From: Bacteroidota bacterium
GTDB taxonomy: Bacteria; Bacteroidota; Bacteroidia; Bacteroidales; PUMT01
Length of the DNA: 28,953 bases
Reading direction: 5' to 3'
NCBI GenBank assembly: GCA_003556985.1
Contig: PWPZ01000025.1
Span: 1 to 28,953 of the forward strand
Positions within the stretch are counted from its first letter, which is position 1; each line of letters begins with the position of its first letter. The translations under genes were made by a program, and so were the position numbers. Of this stretch, positions 25,968 through 28,953 are shown piece by piece. The notes beneath the pieces are model-generated. The model made no database searches. It saw only the letters and a list, made by a program, of their open reading frames with translations, and was not told where the DNA came from.

Positions 25968-28157
25968 ATGGGTACACTTCGCTTTAATGCGCTGGAAAAA
26001 GCTGTTTCCCGCCATCCACTGGAGATAAAATCTCCTTCTGCCAAAACATCCGAATATTACGCAACAAATGTATTCAACAAACAGAGAATGCAGGAATATT
26101 TATCACAGGAGGCGTTTGACAATGTTATGGAGGCAATCAACAAAGGCTCTAAAATCGATCGCAGGATTGCAAACCAGATTTCTTCGGGTATGAAAGCATG
26201 GGCCCTGGACAAGGGAGTGACTCATTATACTCACTGGTTCCATCCACTCACAGGATCAACCGCGGAAAAACATGATGCCTTTTTTGAGCCTGCCTCCGAT
26301 GCATATGTAATTGAGAATTTTGACGGCACCAAACTTGTACAGCAGGAGCCCGATGCCTCAAGTTTACCCAGCGGGGGCATGAGAAACACCTTCGAGGCTC
26401 GTGGATACACAGCATGGGATCCTTCATCACCGGCCTTTGTTATGGGATCTACCTTGTGTATCCCATCAGTTTATGTTTCCTTCAAGGGGGATTCGCTTGA
26501 TTACAAAACTCCTCTGTTAAAATCAATTGAGGCGGTTGATAAAGCTGCGGTTGATTTGTGCAATTATTTTGACAAGAGTGTTACCAGGGTGAATGTTGGA
26601 CTGGGTTGTGAGCAGGAATATTTTCTGGTTGACGATGCACTGTTCAATGCCCGGCCGGATCTGAAACTGACCGACCGCACGCTTATGGGGCATTCTGCCG
26701 CCAAAGACCAGCAGCTTGCCGACCATTATTTTGGCTATATACCAATGAGGGTTGCTGCTTTTATGCAGGATTTTGAAATAGAGGCTTATAAACTGGGTAT
26801 ACCGGTAAAGACCCGTCATAACGAAGTGGCTCCCAACCAGTATGAATGTGCGCCGGTGTTTGAGGAGGTAAACCTGGCCGTTGATCATAACCAGCTGCTT
26901 ATGACGATTATGAAAAGAGTTGCCAAAAAGCATAATTTCAAAGTTATTTTCCATGAAAAACCCTACAAGGATATTAATGGTTCCGGTAAACACTGCAACT
27001 GGTCACTGATTACAAATACAGGTGTAAATCTGTTTTCTCCCGGCAAAACTCCCAAGACCAACATGCTGTTCCTTGCTTCACTGGTATCGGTAATAAAGGG
27101 AGTATATGAATATCAGGATTTGTTGAGGGCGAGCATTGTGTCGCTGGGTAACGAACACCGGCTGGGAGCTTCGGAAGCCCCGCCAGCCATCATGTCGGTT
27201 TTTCTGGGTGAAGAGATTGGCAGGATACTTAATGAAATAGAATCAAGGGTGTCGGGTAAAAAGATGAGTCCCGATGAAAAAACAGAACTTAAGCTTGATG
27301 TAGGAAAAATTCCTGAAATACTGCCCGATAATACCGACAGAAACCGTACTTCTCCCTTTGCTTTTACCGGTAATCGTTTTGAATTCAGGGCTGTGGGATC
27401 GGCAGCCAATGTATCCTCTCCCATGATAGCTCTGAATACTATTGTTGCAAGGCAATTCAGGGAGTTTAAAAAGGAGGTGGATCAGCTTATAGAAAGTGGC
27501 GTCAAGAAGGACGAAGCTATATTCCAGGTAATTAAAAAATTCACTCTTGCCTCAAAAAAAATAAGATTTGACGGAAACAACTATTCGGAAGAATGGGCGA
27601 AAGAAGCTGAGAAACGGGGACTGACAAACATAAATGATGTCCTGGAGGCATTATCGGCAATCGTTACTCCTGAGGCAAAAAAGCTTTATTCCGAATTGAA
27701 CGTGTTTACTGAGCGGGAACTTGAGGCCAGGCTTGAGATCGAAATTGAAAAATACAATAAGAAGCTGCAGATTGAATCCCGGGTGCTTGGTGATCTGGCC
27801 GTGAACCACATTCTCCCGACCGTGTACCGGTATCAGAATATACTTATTGAAAATGTGAAAGGGTTGAAAGAGCTTTTCAGTGACGGTGATTATGAAAAGC
27901 TTTCATCTACACAGATGGCAACCATCAAAGAGATATCCAGTCGTGCGGCAATGGTCAATATCAAGGTTAACAACATGATAGATGAAAGAAGGAAGGCAAA
28001 TGTAATTGAAGATATCGATAAAAAGGCAAAAGTCTATTCCAAAAAGGTAAAACCTTATTTGAATGAAATACGTTACCAGATCGATCATCTTGAAATGATT
28101 GTTGATGATGAGATGTGGCCGCTTCCCAAGTACCGTGAATTGCTTTTCATAAGATAG
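25968..28157 (+). CDS. glnA: Glutamine synthetase type III
   Basis: About 729 aa with GSIII signatures HWFHPLTG..AEKHDAF, QEPDASS, RNTFEARGYTAWDPSSPAF, EQEYFL, HNEVAPNQYE, GSGKHCNWS and DRNRTSPFAFTGNRFEFRAVGS. ATG 25968 is preferred over TTG 25962. Confidence 0.96.
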   Translation: MGTLRFNALEKAVSRHPLEIKSPSAKTSEYYATNVFNKQRMQEYLSQEAFDNVMEAINKGSKIDRRIANQISSGMKAWALDKGVTHYTHWFHPLTGSTAEKHDAFFEPASDAYVIENFDGTKLVQQEPDASSLPSGGMRNTFEARGYTAWDPSSPAFVMGSTLCIPSVYVSFKGDSLDYKTPLLKSIEAVDKAAVDLCNYFDKSVTRVNVGLGCEQEYFLVDDALFNARPDLKLTDRTLMGHSAAKDQQLADHYFGYIPMRVAAFMQDFEIEAYKLGIPVKTRHNEVAPNQYECAPVFEEVNLAVDHNQLLMTIMKRVAKKHNFKVIFHEKPYKDINGSGKHCNWSLITNTGVNLFSPGKTPKTNMLFLASLVSVIKGVYEYQDLLRASIVSLGNEHRLGASEAPPAIMSVFLGEEIGRILNEIESRVSGKKMSPDEKTELKLDVGKIPEILPDNTDRNRTSPFAFTGNRFEFRAVGSAANVSSPMIALNTIVARQFREFKKEVDQLIESGVKKDEAIFQVIKKFTLASKKIRFDGNNYSEEWAKEAEKRGLTNINDVLEALSAIVTPEAKKLYSELNVFTERELEARLEIEIEKYNKKLQIESRVLGDLAVNHILPTVYRYQNILIENVKGLKELFSDGDYEKLSSTQMATIKEISSRAAMVNIKVNNMIDERRKANVIEDIDKKAKVYSKKVKPYLNEIRYQIDHLEMIVDDEMWPLPKYRELLFIR

Positions 28158-28198
28158 TTTCAGATATAAGGTTGATGGTTTTTTTTCTTGTGTTTGGG

Positions 28199-28230
28199 AA
28201 AACCGGGGCAATATTATTAGCCCCGGTTTT
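28199..28230 (+). terminator. Intrinsic terminator after glnA
   Basis: AAAACCGGGGC-aatattatta-GCCCCGGTTTT, a perfect 11-bp stem ending in Ts. Confidence 0.85.
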
Positions 28231-28371
28231 GTTATTATAATATATTCCGAAGTTCCCGTAATACTGAATTTTTGCCAAAGGAGAAGGTCTGTAATTCTGA
28301 TATTTATGGCATATGGTTTTTTTGAATCAGAAATTTCTACTTTTACAAAGGAATTATAATATACTACTGAG

Positions 28372-28953
28372 ATGAGGAGCTGTATCCACCTTGCAATTAT
28401 TATTGCCGGTTTATTTATGTTTTCAGACACATACTCCCAATCCCGCCGTTTGGCCAAAGCCGAGCAGGCCTATGATGCCGGGGAATACTATGAGGCCATT
28501 GACCTTTACAGGAATGCTTATTCCAGGGTGAAGGACCGGGATATGCGTACTGAATTAACCTTCATTATTGCCAGATGCTATATGAAGGTTTCCGATACCC
28601 GTCAGGCGGAAGCATGGTTTCGCAGAACAGTTACCCGCAATCATGATGACCCCGAGGTTTACTGGTATTATGCGGAAGCCCTTAAGATGAGTGAGAAGTA
28701 TGAAGAGGCCATAGAACAATACGAAATTTACCGGGAGCTTGTTCCTGACGATCCCCGCGGTGAAACAGGGATAAAATCGGCCGAACTTGCTTTGAACTGG
28801 ATTGAAAATCCCACCTCGTACGAGATAGAGGAGGCAGGTTTCATCAACTCCAGGCTAAGCGATTTTTCTCCTGCTTTTGCCAGCGGCGATCATACAATCG
28901 TGTATTTTACTTCCTCCAGAGAGAATGACGGAAATGAACAGAACGGTGTTACG
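28372..28953 (+). CDS. TPR + PD40 envelope protein, PorE/OmpA-family-like N-terminus (3'-truncated; absent from ORF track)
   Basis: My translation: MRSCIHLAIIIAGLFMFSDTYSQSRRLAKAEQAYDAGEYYEAIDLY...ARCY...AEAWF...YYAEALKMSEKYEEAIEQYEIYRELVPDDPRG...INSRLSDFSPAFASGDHTIVYFTSSR. This is a signal peptide, TPRs and a first PD40 blade, with no stop before the window end. Confidence 0.85.
   Translation, partial: MRSCIHLAIIIAGLFMFSDTYSQSRRLAKAEQAYDAGEYYEAIDLYRNAYSRVKDRDMRTELTFIIARCYMKVSDTRQAEAWFRRTVTRNHDDPEVYWYYAEALKMSEKYEEAIEQYEIYRELVPDDPRGETGIKSAELALNWIENPTSYEIEEAGFINSRLSDFSPAFASGDHTIVYFTSSRENDGNEQNGVT

Overview
A 29-kb, apparently core-chromosomal window from a Bacteroidota genome, probably Bacteroidales-like. 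The assignment rests on the PorP/SprF gene, the type-B T9SS CTD, type III glutamine synthetase and TAnnTTTG promoters. It holds about 19 protein genes (two cut by the window edges) and one tRNA-Phe(GAA). I found no CRISPR array, transposase, integrase or rRNA. The left half is a minus-strand block: rlmH > giant multi-TM histidine kinase > [promoter] > glycine-rich T9SS type-B cargo > PorP/SprF > PD40 propeller-PKD protein > 323-aa secreted unknown > beta-propeller/Y_Y_Y sensor fused to a PP2C (SpoIIE) phosphatase. This looks like a candidate adhesin-to-cytoplasm signalling module. The middle holds a CarH/LitR-type B12-binding MerR regulator followed by a stand-alone ECF sigma factor, with no carotenoid genes in view. 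The right half is housekeeping: O-methyltransferase, M16 peptidase, tRNA-Phe, DUF3267-like protein, gpmI-DUF3109-M20 dipeptidase, GS III and a TPR/PD40 protein. Domain names come from motifs I recognised by eye; no database search was run, so novelty is unverified.
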